Below, piece by piece: positions 49,009 to 59,670 of a stretch of 64,000 nucleotides of DNA. Position 1 is the stretch's first letter, and each line of letters begins with the position of its first letter. This DNA is from Squalus acanthias (lineage: Eukaryota). Location of the stretch: the NCBI GenBank assembly GCA_030390025.1, contig CM059432.1:84012001-84076000 (forward strand). The letters run 5' to 3'. The notes under the pieces are model-generated. The model was not told the DNA's origin. It saw only the letters and a program-made list of their open reading frames with translations, and did no database searches. The translations under genes were made by a program, and so were the position numbers.

Positions 49009-50349
49009 TATATCCTTCCTTAGATAAGGAGACCAAAATTGTGTACAGTACTCCAGGTGTGATCTCACCAAGGCCCTGTACAATTGTAGCAAGACTTCCT
49101 TACTCTAATACTCCAGCCCCCTTGCAATAAAGGCCAACATGCCATTTGCCTTCCTTATTGCTTGCTGTACATGCATGCTAGCTTTCTGTGTTTCTTGCAC
49201 GAGGACACACAAATCTCTCTGAACACCAACATTTGAAAGTTTCTCACCATTTAAAAAATACTGTTTTTCTATTCTTCCTACCAAAGTGAATAACCTCACA
49301 TTTCCCCACATTATACTCCACCTGCCACCTTACTGCCCACTCACTTAGTCTATCTATATCCCTTTGCAGACTCTTTGTGCTCTCCTCACAGTTTACTGTC
49401 CCACCTAGCTTTGTATCATGCTGCGGATATGTGGTTGGAAGCTCATTTCAGGGTCAAATATGACAGCAAGGTTGCGAACAGTGTGGTTCAGCCTCAGACA
49501 GATGTTAGGGAGAGGGATGGAGTCAGTGGCTAGGGAACGGAGTTTGTGGCGGGGACCAAAAACAATGGCTTCGGTCTTCCCAATATTTAATTGGAGAAAA
49601 TTTCTGCTCATCCAGAACTTATCCAATTTGGAAGGAAAAATGAAAAGCTGAATATTTTTTAAAAGGTGAAAGCCTGGGAAATGTTGGTATTCAGAGGGAC
49701 CTGTGAGCCCAATAGTCTTCTACTCCAATCCCTTTGTAATAAAGGCAAACATACCATTTGCTTTCCTAATTGCTTGCTGTACCTGCATGTTAACTTTCTG
49801 TGATTTGTGTACCAGGGCACCCAGGTCCCTCTGAATGCAAACATTTCCCAGGCTTTCACCTTTTAAAAAATATTCTGCTTTTCTATTTTTCCTTCCAAAG
49901 TGGATAAGTTCACATTTCTCCACATTATATTCTATCTGCCACCTTATTTCCCACTCACTTAATTTGTCTATATCCCTTTGCTGCCTCTTTGTGTCCTCCT
50001 CACAGCTTACTTTCCCATCTAGCTTTGTATCATCTGCAAACGTGGATACATTACACTTGGTCCCCTCATCTAAGTCATTCTTATAGATTGTGAATAGCTG
50101 AGGCCCAAGCACTGATCCTTGCGGTACCCCACTAGTTACAGCCTGCCAACCCGAAAATGACCTGTTTATTCCTACTCTTTGTTTTCTGTCCGTTAACCAA
50201 TCCTCAATCCGTGCCAATATATTAACCCGAATCCCATGAGCCCCAAATTTGTGTAATAACCTCTTGCGTGGCACCTTATCGAATGCCTTTTGAAAATCTA
50301 AATGCACCACATCCACTGATTCCCCTTTATCTACCCTGCTAGTTACCAC

Positions 50350-50500
50350 TAACGTTCCCTATAAGGTGCGAGGCCATGCGGCTGCGCACCTCTCTGCTGG
50401 TCCTGCATAGCCCGGGACTGGCTTTTTCAATGTTAAGTTTCACACATGCATGAAACTGTGAATGGGCCGCGCACCCTTAAAGAAATAAGAGGGAACATTA
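50350..50500. mobile_element. hAT-type MITE, 151 bp
   Basis: TIRs taacgttccct / agggaacatta; perfect 8-bp TSD gttaccac (50342-49, 50501-08). Confidence 0.85.
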
Positions 50501-51171
50501 GTTACCACTTCAAAAAACTAACAGATTTGCAAACACATTTTCCTTTCATAAATCTGTGTTGACTCTGCCCAGGCTAACTTGCCTATAGTTCCATGTTTGC
50601 TCTCTCCCTATGTTCCAATCTGCGGTGGCCGTTCTAAAATCTAGGGAGATCTGGAAGATCAAAACTAATGCATCCACTATCTCTTTAGCCACATCTTTTA
50701 TATCCCTAGGATGTAGGCCATCAGGTCCAGGGAATTTTTCAGCTTTTAGTCCCATTAATTTCTCCAGTACTATTTCTTTACTAATACTAATTTCTTTAAG
50801 TTCCTCATTCTAACTTGACCCTTGGTTCCCCATTATTTCCGGAATGTTTTTTGTGTTTTCTGCTGTGAAGACAGATACAAAGACCGAATTTTTACTGTGG
50901 AGTCGGGTTGGGTGCGTGTGGGCCGCGTAGCGGGTCGGGAACGCGATGTTCTGCTCAGCACGTTCTTCAGGGTGACTTTAACTTAATGGCCCCACGTAAA
51001 GCAGTCATACGTGTTTTCCAGCCCATTTAAATAGAGCGGGTCTGATGAAATCATCGATGACTCATTTCCAGTGCCGATATTTAAAGCAGCCTTGCACTCA
51101 ACTAATTTGAAGGTTGCTAGAGGAGTGTGCAAGGTGAAATAGAAAGGTCTGAGTACTGTTCCAAACTATCA

Positions 51172-52965
51172 ATGATGGAAACTCAAAGGCAGAGGGTTGC
51201 ACCCCAATTTTCTGATGCATCCCTGCATACTCTGATGGTGGCAGTGAGAGCACGCAGGAAGGTCCTGTTCCCTGCAGATAGGCGCAAGAGACCTCCCAAA
51301 GTAACTAAAAGGGTATGGTTGGAAATCGCAAAGGAGGTCAGCAGCAGGGATGTGGTCAGGAGGACCTGGATACAGTGCAGGAAATGATTCAATGATCTTA
51401 TAAGGTCAGGAAAGGTGAGTGCAATGCCACACTCACCTACATCCTGATGTGCCTGTCACCACATCCCCATCACTCTGCCTTCCCAAGCCTACTCCTGCAT
51501 TTCAATCCTCACACCAACCTACCTTGCACATCCACCCATCCCTCTCTCTCTATATACATACTCACATCCCCATCTGACTAACCACCCCTGACACTCACCC
51601 TCATCCTAATGCAATCATAGCAAGTAACACCACAGAAGGAGGCCATTTGGTATTGTCACCCCATTCCCTCATAGTCACCCTCTACAGATGTAACCCATCC
51701 ATTCCTTACACTCATTCCATCACTCCCACTCAAAGTTCTCTTCTTTCCCTCCTTGCAGGAGAAAAGAGCCCAGAACACGCAGGAGAGGCAGAGAATCAAA
51801 GGTGGCCCTCCAGTATTCACCCAACTGACACAAGCAGAGCAGGGGGCCCTGGAGATATCAGGAGTTGCAGAGCTGTTGGTGGTGGAAGACAGAGAGAGGG
51901 GGACATCCCAGCAACCTGGTGGCAGAATTACAACTCATACAGCCACATGGCATACAGGAGTCACTCATATGGTGACTGATGTCAGCAGCCAGTGAAATGC
52001 CATCATGTGCACAATGGTAACGTTACCCATTCTTATTATAACACTTCTAATTAATCTCTTTACTCTCCCACAGGTCCATCAAGTACCACCCCCCCAACCC
52101 CACCACTGTCCAGCCGGAAGAGGAAGACGACTCCTCAGAGGAATCTCCAGCCTCTGTGGGTGCAGCGTCAGCAGACCCAAGTGCACCTAGCACCAGTGCA
52201 GTTACGCACACCTCGGTGGGTCCTGTGCGACAAAGAGTACTGTTGTTACCTGGTGTCTCACACTTCACAAGTGACCAAGAGCAGATGGTATGGACAGGGA
52301 CAGCAGTGGAGACTCCTCGCCATAGGGCGCAGGACGCTCCAAGCTCTGCCGAGCTGCATGCAGACGCTGAATCTCGGGGCCCATCGAGAAAGAGGGTGAT
52401 CTTTGCGGGGCAACAACGATTGCATGAGGCTCTGGCAGCTTTTGCAGCCGTGATGTGTGCAAATGTACAGAGAATGGTGGCGTCCGTCTCCAACATGTCG
52501 CAGGTGATGGCGACAATGTGCTGTTCCATGGAAAGGATGACCACCTGCGTGGAGCAGCTAATGCGCCAGTCACATGAGCACATGCTGGCTGTGGACAACA
52601 GATGGCAGACACACATAGACCTCATCTCTAGGAGGGATATAAACGTAGACTTGGGCGTTCATCGCCCCACTGCTGTGCAGCAAGGTACTCTCCAGATCCT
52701 TGCTAGCAGGGAAGTGCAGGTGACCCGTGAGAGGGATGATGGTGAGAGGGGACATGGAAGTGGGGGCTCTTCTCAAAGCGCTCCCACTTCTACCCTGTTG
52801 CCTCCCCTTCAGTCAGACCCTCACATGCTTCCTCAGATCCCGATGGCCGAGTCTGCCCCTGCACAGTTGCAGGAGGAGCAGACTTTGGTGGGGCCATCAC
52901 AGGCTCCAAAACCCAGAGGACGTCCGACAAAAGAGTCTAACCAGTTGCAGCAGGAAAGTGAGTAG
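51172..52965 (+). pseudogene. Harbinger Myb/SANT-like gene with about 3 exons (51172-51414; 51759-~51918; 52074-~52965)
   Basis: MMETQRQRVAPQFSD..WLEIAKEV..RTWIQCRK*FNDLIRSGK|gtgagt; acceptors ctccttgcag (51758) and ctctcccacag (52073); one stop in exon 1. Confidence 0.8.
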
Positions 52966-53299
52966 CCTGCCTCTACCTCTGCTGAAGCCACAGGGGTTGC
53001 ACCTTGTAGAAACACTCGGAAAAGAAAAAAGACACAAAAGTAGATGCACAAGGGTATGCACATGGGTGTATGAAAAAATGTTAGTGTTAAGTTTCAGTTC
53101 TTTTGATGACACAGATAAATGTATTTCTTTGCACCACTTTCCAGTCTTGTCCATTTTTGCCTGCTACCTCGGAAGTGGCTTTGTCACTTGGAGTGAATGG
53201 TGAGACATTACTTAACCTCGAGCAATGAGGGTTTGGGTGAGAGGAATGGCTTGTTCATTGTAGGGCTGCTTTATTGTGTTGTTGGGCAGGGGGGGACTT

Positions 53300-54510
53300 A
53301 GTACAGCAGGTGGCAGCCATATGGCTGCATTGGAGCAAGTTAAGTAAATCTGTCCATGATGAGGCTATCCTGGGTCTCCCAGCGTGCTGCTGCTGGTGCC
53401 ATCTCCACGTCAGGTTTTTCCTCCTCCTCCTCATCTTCCACCTGCTCCTCCTCCTCCTCCTCTGAAGAGGCTGTGCACTCTGCGCCTTGCTCCTCCTGTA
53501 GCTCCAATCTTCGCTACTGCACTATATCGCAGCAAACAACGATGATTCTGGAGACCCTGGCTGGTGCGTACTGAAGGGCTCCTCCAGATCTGTCAAGGCA
53601 TCTGAAGCGTATCTTCAGCATGCTTATTGCTTGCTCTATGACACATCTGGTGGGCATGTGGCTCTCATTATAATGCCCCTAAGCCTCATTACTTGGCGTC
53701 CTCAAGGGTGTCATGAGTCACGTCTTCAGTGGATAGCTCTTGTCTCCAAGTAGCCAGCCGGTAAGTCTGTTTGGAGGTGCGAAGAGCTGAGGGAGGGTGG
53801 ACTGGCGCATGACAAAAGAATCTGGCACACACGTGCATGATCATCTTTTTATGCTGCACATTGAGGAACTGGAAGCCCTTGCAGTTCACAAACACTTTGG
53901 TTGATGCTGGGGTGCCTTCATGGCCATATGTGTGCTGTCGATGATGCTCTGCACCCATGGGAAGCCAGCCAGAGCCGCAAAGCCGAGCACCCGCTCAGTA
54001 ACACTGGCCTCATGAGTGGCAAAGTTGATGAAATTGGCTGACTTGTGAAACATGGCATCGGTCACCTGGGTGATGCATCTGTGGGTGGCCGACTGCAAGA
54101 TCCCGCAAATGTCTGCTGCAGATCCATGGAAGGAGCCTGAGGTGAAGAAGTTGAGGGCGGTGGTGACTTTGACAGCCACTGGTAAAAGGACCTCTCGGCA
54201 GCAGGTCTGATTTCCAGCAAACTACAAATGTCTGCAACGACCTGGCGCGATAGCCTGAGCCTCCTTAAGCGCTGCTGCTCAGTCATGTTGAGGAAGCTCA
54301 TCCTCTGCCTGTATACCCTGTGTTGGGGGTATCGCCTCTGGCGCACTGCTGCCCTGTGGTGCCCCCCTCTCTCCTGTGGAGCATCAGGTCAGTGAGGAGA
54401 AGACTGCTGTTGTGGTTGCTGCTGGTGTGGCTGCTGGTGGGGCGGGGGGGCTCATCTTGGTCCGATTCTGAGGACCAAGGTGAGACAGTATAAGTGGCAC
54501 ACATACTGAT
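53300..54510 (-). pseudogene. Harbinger DDE transposase
   Basis: [53 protein letters not shown] and NCKGFQFLNVQ; frameshifted. Confidence 0.87.
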
Positions 54511-56030
54511 GTAGTAGATGGTAGGTAAAGTGGAGATTAGAGGGCCAGACCCTCAATACTGATACTGAGTAGTAATGTGGTGAGAGTGGCTTCCGAGGTT
54601 TCAGAAATGACCTGCAAACTGCTGACACCTAAATCTGTGGACAAAATGGAGTCAGCAAGAGCCTTTTCGTGAGGCAAGCTTTGAGGTGTAATGTTGCAGT
54701 ATTTATGTGCTTTTCCACCGCTCTCAATGAATGGACTCGCCAATGGCCACTGCACTTCCACCTCCCCTTCACAGGCGAGGTACCCGAGCTGCGTGAATCC
54801 CGTGCTCCTGCAGTAAAAGTCAAAAGCTAGTGTTAAAAACACTTTTAAGGGTCTCTCAACAAGCAGTTAATCACTTGAATGAGGTCACACGCCTCTGTCA
54901 ATTGGGTCCGTGTCACGCCTTCAAAGCCACCTGAGTTAAATGCGCGAGGCGGCGGGTTCCTGACGCGCTCGCAATTTCTGGGATTTTTACTGCTGACCCG
55001 CCCCCAAACCTGCACGCTCGGCAACGGGAAAATTTCGGCCAAAATATTTGTTTAATGTCACTGCCATTTCCTTATTCCCCATTATAATTTCTCCTGTCTC
55101 TGCTTGTAAGGGACCATTGTTTACCATTGCTAATCTCTTCCTCTTTACATACCTATAAAAGCTTTTACAGTCTGTTTTTATATCTCTTGTTAGTTTACTC
55201 TCATTTTATTTTCTCGCTCTTTATCAATTTCTTGCTCATCCTTTGCTGAATTCTAAAATCCTCCCAATTCTCAGGCTTACTACTCTTTTTGGCAACATTA
55301 TAAGCCTCTTCCTTTAATCTAATACTATCTTTAACTTCTCTTGTTAGCCACGGTTGGACCACTTTTCCCGTAGGGTTTTTATTCCTTAAGGGAATGTATA
55401 GTAATTGCGAATTATGAATTAATTCTTCAAATGTTTGGCATTGCTTATCTACTTATCTTTTAATATCTTTTAATCTAGTTTCGCAATCTACCTTAGCCAA
55501 CTCACCTCTCATACCTACGTAGTTTGCTTTGTTCAGATTTAAGACTCTAGTTTCAGACTTCATTAAATCACTCTCAAACTCAATAGAAAATTCTATCATA
55601 TTATAATCACTCTTTCCCAGAGGCTCCTTTACTACAAGGTTATTAATTAACCCTGTCTCATTGCACAATACCAGATCTAAAATAGCCTGTTCCCTAGCTG
55701 GTTCCTCAACATACTGATCTAGAAAACTATCTTGAATGCATTCTATGAACTCGTCCTCCAGATTTTTACTGCAAATTTGGTTTGCCCAGTCTATATGAAG
55801 ATTTTAGTCCCCCATGATTACTGTACTATGCACCGGATATGCTGCCCATGCAATGAACAAGCTCCCTCTACCAGGCCCACCTCAGCCAAGGAGTTCACTA
55901 GTCAAATGGTAATTAGCTGAACTTGTATTATTACATAAGATCAACATGATAGAAAATCAACTTTGCTTGCTCTGGTCTTGGCCCACCAGCTCTGTGCTCA
56001 GACTGGAAAGCCTAACTTCATATATGAATA

Positions 56031-56236
56031 AAAATGAGAAGTCGCACAACACCAGGTTATAGTCCAACAGATTTATTTAAAATTACAAGCTTTCGGAGCT
56101 GTCGCCCCTTCGTCAGGCAAAGTTACTGCTCCGAAAGCTTGTAATTTTAAATAAATCTGTTGGACTATAACCTGGTGTTGTGCGACTTCTCATTTTTGTC
56201 CACCCCAGTCCAACGCCGGCATCTCCGCATCATGAC
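56031..56236. mobile_element. Second palindromic Penelope-like pseudo-LTR insert, opposite orientation
   Basis: Same arms and extension as 46185-46388; 13-bp TSD tcatatatgaata (56018-30, 56237-49). Confidence 0.75.
56083..56120 (-). ncRNA. Minimal type-I hammerhead ribozyme motif
   Basis: Reverse strand uugc-CUGACGA-a-ggggc(gaca)gcucc-GAAA-gc-UU-guaa; stems kept through G-U pairs. Confidence 0.6.
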
Positions 56237-57187
56237 TCATATATGAATAGTGTGAACAGTGGCCCTACTGAACTCCATCACTTATTGCTTCACAGAAAGA
56301 GCTTTTTCCACTTATAAACATCTTCTGTTTCCTTTGCCAAATCCAGCTTTCTAATTTGTCCTCAGTTCCAGGAGGTTTAACTGCCTTTAAAAGTTGCATA
56401 ACTGGAACTTTACTGAATGCCTTGTGAAAATTAAAATAAATTATTCTTGAATTGTTCTATAATTAAGACATTTTTCCAAATAATTATTTTTGCCAAACGT
56501 AACACTATGACTGGAATTTTCAGAGGTAAGAGCGGGTGGGTTGGAGGTGTGAGGGGAAGTGAAAATTGAAAAAATGTGAACCCTGACCCCAACCCGCCTC
56601 CAACCCACCCACTTTCACTTTTAACCCAGGAGGGATGGTGTTGGGGGGGGGGGGGGCGGGGGCAGGTGGTGGCTGGCAACCTGCTGCCAAGAGGCGGGTT
56701 GGCAATTTACATATTATAATTAGGCCTGAAGCCTCTACTTTAACCTGCTTTGCAGGTTTTACTGCAGGCGGCCGGGGATGCCGGGGCTCGGGATTCCCGG
56801 TGGCTGCAACGAGGTGGCCTCAGCCTCGGGGAGCAATGCTTGTGGGCTGGGAGGAGCAGGAGTGCTTCCTCACGGCACCCCCAAGCTCCCTCACCATCAA
56901 CCCAGACCACTCTATTTAGTAAAAAAAAGTACTGGAGAAATTAATGTGACTGAAAGCCAATAAATTCCCTGGACCTGATGGTCTACCTCCTAGGGTTTTG
57001 AAAGAGGTGGTTATAGAGATAGTGGATGCATTGGTTGTCATCTTCCAAAATTCCACTGATTCTAGAATGGTTCCCGCGGATTGAAAGGTAGCAAATGTAA
57101 CTCTACTATTTATTTAAGAAAGGAGGGAGAGAGAAAACGGGGAACTATAGATTAGCCTAACATCAGTAGTAGGGAAAATGCTAGAAT

Positions 57188-59670
57188 GGGGGATTTTAAT
57201 CTGCATATAGACTGGAAAATCAGATGGGCAAAGGTAGCATAGATGAGGAGTTCATGGAATGTTTTTGGGATAGTTTCTTACAACAGCATGTTCTGGAGCC
57301 AACCAGAGAGCAGGCTATACTAGACCTGGTATTGTGCAACGAGATAGGATTAATTAATGACCTCATAGTGAAGGCGCCCCTAGGTAGCAGCGATCATAAT
57401 ATGATTGAATTTTACATTCAGTTTGAGAGAGAGAAGAGTGGGTCTAAGACTAGTATTTTAAACTTAAATAAGGGCAATTATGAGGGCATGAAAGCAGAGC
57501 TAGCTAAAGTGAACTGGCAAATTAGTTTAAGGGATAGGTCAATAGAGTTGCAGTGGCAGACATTTAAGGGGATATTTCAAAATACACAGAATATATACAT
57601 TCCAACAAGGAAGAAAAATTCCAAGGGGAGGACCCACCATCCGTGGTTAACTAAAAAAGTTAAAGATAGTATTAAACTTAAAGAAAAAGCATATAATTGC
57701 GTAAAGATGGGTGGCAGGTCAGAAGATTGGACAGAATATAAAAAACAGCAAAGAATGACTAAAAGATTAATAAGGAGAGAAAAATTAGAGTACGAGAGAA
57801 AGCTAGCTAGAAATATATAAACAGATAGTAAGAGTTTCTATAGATATTTAAAAAAGAAAAGAGTTAACAAAGTGAGCATTGGTCCTATAAAAAGTGAGGC
57901 TGGGGAATTAATAATGGAAAATAAGGAGATGACAGTTGAATTGAACAGGTATTTTGCATCGGTCTTCACTATAGAGGATACAAGTAACATCCCAGAAATA
58001 GCTGTAAATCAGGAAATGGGAGGGAGGAACTCAAAAAAATTATAATCACCAGGGAAGTGGTACAGAGCAAATTGTTGGAGCTGCGGGCTGACAAGTCCCC
58101 GGGTCCTGATGGACTTCATCCTAGGGTCTTAAAAGAAGTGGCTAGTGAGATAGTTGATGCGTTGGTTTTAATTTTCCAAAATTCCCTAGATTCGGGGAAG
58201 GTTCCATTAGATTGGAAAATAGTGAATGTTACTCCTTTATTCAAAAAGAGAGGGAGACAGAAAGCAGGAAACTACAGGCCAGTTAGCTTAACATCTGTCA
58301 TAGGGAAGATGTTAGAAGCTATTATTAAAGACGTTATAGCAGGGCACTTAGAAAAGTTCAAAGTAATCAGGCAGAGTCAACATGGTTTTGTGCAAGGGAA
58401 ATCATGTTTAAGCAATTTATTGGAGTTCTTTGAGGAAGTAACATGCGCTGTGGATAAAGGGGAACCGGTGGATATACTGTACTTAGATTTCCAGAAGGTA
58501 TTTGATAAGGTGCCACATCAAAGGTTATTGCGGAAAATAAAAGCTCATGGTGTAGGGGGCAACATATTGGCATGGATAGAAGATTGGCTAGCTAACAGGA
58601 AACAGAGAGTAGGCATAAATGGGTCATTTTCTGATTGCCAAGATGTAACAAGTGGTGTGCCACAGGGATCAGTGCTGGGGCCTCAACTTTTTACAATTTA
58701 TATAAATGACTTGGATGAAGATACCGAAGGTATGGTTGCTAAATTTGCTGATGACACAAAGATAGGTAGGAAAGTAAATTGTGAAGAGGACATAAGGAGG
58801 CTACAAAGGGATATAGATAGGTTCAGTGAGTGGGCAAAGAACTGGCAAATGGAGTATAATGTGGGAAAATGTGAAGTTGTTCATTTTGACAGGAAGAATA
58901 AAAAAGAAGCATATTATCTAAATGGTGAGAGATTGCAGAGCTCTGAGATGCAGAGGGATCTGGGTGTGTTAGTGCATGAATCGCAAAAGGTTACTATGCA
59001 GGTACAGCAAGTAATTAGGAAAGCTAATAGAATGTTATTGTTTATTGCGAGGGGAATTGAATACAAAAGTAGGGAGGTTATGCTTCAGTTATACAGGGCA
59101 TTGGTGAGACCACATCTGGAGTACTGTGTACAGTATTGGTCTCCTTATTTAAGGAAGGATGTAAATGCGTTGGAAGCAGTTCAGAGAAAGTTTACTAGAC
59201 TAATACCTGGAATGGGCGGGTTGTCTTATGAGGAAAGGTTGGACAGGCTAGGCTTGTATCCGCTGGAGTTTAGAAGAGTAAGAGGTAGCTTGATTGAAAC
59301 ATATAAGATCCTGAGAGATCTGGACAGGGTGGATGTGGAGAGGATGTTTCCTCTTGTGGGAGAATCTAGAACTAGGGGTCACTGTTTAAAAATAAGGGGT
59401 CGCCCATTTAAGACAGAGATGAGGAGAAATTTTTTCTCACAGAGGGTCGTGAGTCTTTGGAACTCTCTTCCTCAGAGGACGGTGGAAGCAGAGTCTTTGA
59501 ATATTTTTAAGGCAGAGGTAGATAGATTCTTGGTAAGCAAGGGGGTGAAAAGTTATCGGGGGTAGGCGGGAATTTGGAGTAATCGGATCAGCCATGATCT
59601 TATTGAATGGCGGAGCAGGCTCGAAGGGCCGAGTGGCCTACTCCTGCTCCTAATTCATATGTTCGTATGT
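57188..59670 (+). mobile_element. Young 5'-truncated CR1 inserted in the same orientation
   Basis: Starts at the endonuclease GDFN motif; only one stop (57818-20) and one frameshift visible; tail ttcatatgttcgtatgt. Confidence 0.92.
58057..59565 (+). CDS. Uninterrupted CR1 ORF2 reverse transcriptase plus C-terminal region (502 aa; part of a truncated element, probably not expressed)
   Basis: [47 protein letters not shown] and RPHLEYCVQYW. Confidence 0.8.
   Translation: MVQSKLLELRADKSPGPDGLHPRVLKEVASEIVDALVLIFQNSLDSGKVPLDWKIVNVTPLFKKRGRQKAGNYRPVSLTSVIGKMLEAIIKDVIAGHLEKFKVIRQSQHGFVQGKSCLSNLLEFFEEVTCAVDKGEPVDILYLDFQKVFDKVPHQRLLRKIKAHGVGGNILAWIEDWLANRKQRVGINGSFSDCQDVTSGVPQGSVLGPQLFTIYINDLDEDTEGMVAKFADDTKIGRKVNCEEDIRRLQRDIDRFSEWAKNWQMEYNVGKCEVVHFDRKNKKEAYYLNGERLQSSEMQRDLGVLVHESQKVTMQVQQVIRKANRMLLFIARGIEYKSREVMLQLYRALVRPHLEYCVQYWSPYLRKDVNALEAVQRKFTRLIPGMGGLSYEERLDRLGLYPLEFRRVRGSLIETYKILRDLDRVDVERMFPLVGESRTRGHCLKIRGRPFKTEMRRNFFSQRVVSLWNSLPQRTVEAESLNIFKAEVDRFLVSKGVKSYRG

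Larger units (their letters stand above)
47080..49418 (-). mobile_element. 5'-truncated CR1 inside the L2, itself carrying two MITEs
   Basis: HER1-type tail at 47080-47170; ORF2 C-terminal fragments at 48105-48445 and 49009-49418. Confidence 0.87.
46411..49618 (-). mobile_element. L2 LINE 3' part (46411-47079 and ~49419-49618) split by a CR1
   Basis: [38 protein letters not shown] and WMSRNFLQLNIGKTEAIVFG; continuity ggcggtcttagtt|atgctgcggat. Confidence 0.85.
50882..55040 (-). mobile_element. Essentially full-length (4.16 kb), uninterrupted but decayed PIF/Harbinger element
   Basis: TIRs gaccgaatttt / aaaatttcggcc; TSD AAA (50879-81, 55041-43); convergent Myb-like (+) and transposase (-) genes. 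Confidence 0.9.
39617..55830 (-). mobile_element. One CR1 LINE broken into four main pieces (39617-40129, 46131-46410, ~49712-50881, 55041-55830) by nested insertions
   Basis: CR1 sequence is continuous across each junction: ggagacc|aaaactgtac; gtaagacttc|..tactccaatcc; gatac|aaaatattt. Confidence 0.8.
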
